DNA of 64,000 nt from Chiloscyllium plagiosum. Taxonomy: Eukaryota. The notes under the pieces are model-generated. The model was not told where the DNA came from and did not search any database. It saw only the letters and a list, made by a program, of their open reading frames with translations. The DNA lies in NCBI RefSeq assembly GCF_004010195.1, contig NC_057720.1, forward strand, positions 21,487,882 through 21,551,881, read 5' to 3'. The position numbers and the translations under genes are program-made. Of the stretch, positions 63,604 through 64,000 are shown piece after piece; the first letter of the stretch is position 1, and each line of letters begins with the position of its first letter.

Positions 63604-64000
63604 TCATTCTCTGTTTGGAACCTCTCTCTCAACATTGTGAACAGTTCGCTACTCCCTTGGTGTGTATGTCTGTGTTCTACATCAATGCATTAATTGAAAA
63701 GAAAACACTTTACTGCAAGTCATTTGAAATAGAGTTTAAGATACATAGTTGCAGCATCAGGTGAAATCATCAGGAATAAGCAACTGCAGTTTTACATCGA
63801 ATCACATTTTTGAATTGAGCACGTCATGTCTTGAGCATTGTTAAATTATAGAATTTCAGTTAAGCCACATGCTTACGCAACTGAAGATTGTAATCACTAC
63901 CTTTCTCATCTACTTTGGATTGCTTTGTGAAAGGAGTTATATGCCTCTTGTACAGTGGAGGAATTATTGTTCCAATTGAAAAGGGTTTTTGTGACAACTT

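Overview
Eukaryotic, repeat-dominated genomic DNA with two assembly gaps (41539-42038, exactly 500 N; 51003-51229). The repeat set points to a cartilaginous fish, probably a shark (inference): HE1-type V-SINEs, many CR1 LINE fragments, Penelope-like elements (PLEs), a Tx1-clade LINE and Gypsy remnants. No complete host gene is visible. Most ORF-track entries are transposon debris or chance ORFs. A few minus-strand candidate exons suggest the 5'/intronic region of a large gene; the best is a 19-codon signal-peptide-like exon at 1880-1937. The most notable system is about 13 short (70-640 bp) PLE-terminus-derived insertions from at least 3-4 sequence subfamilies. Most are flanked by 10-17 bp target-site duplications (TSDs), many are fold-back palindromes, and nearly all carry a minimal type I hammerhead ribozyme (HHR) core (CUGANGA-A-stem II-GAAAC-GUC), intact at 42306, 51471 and 62763. 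Their 5' ends or inversion centres fall repeatedly at the 5' edge of the ribozyme. Boundaries of old repeats are approximate, and family names come from recognition, not database searches.
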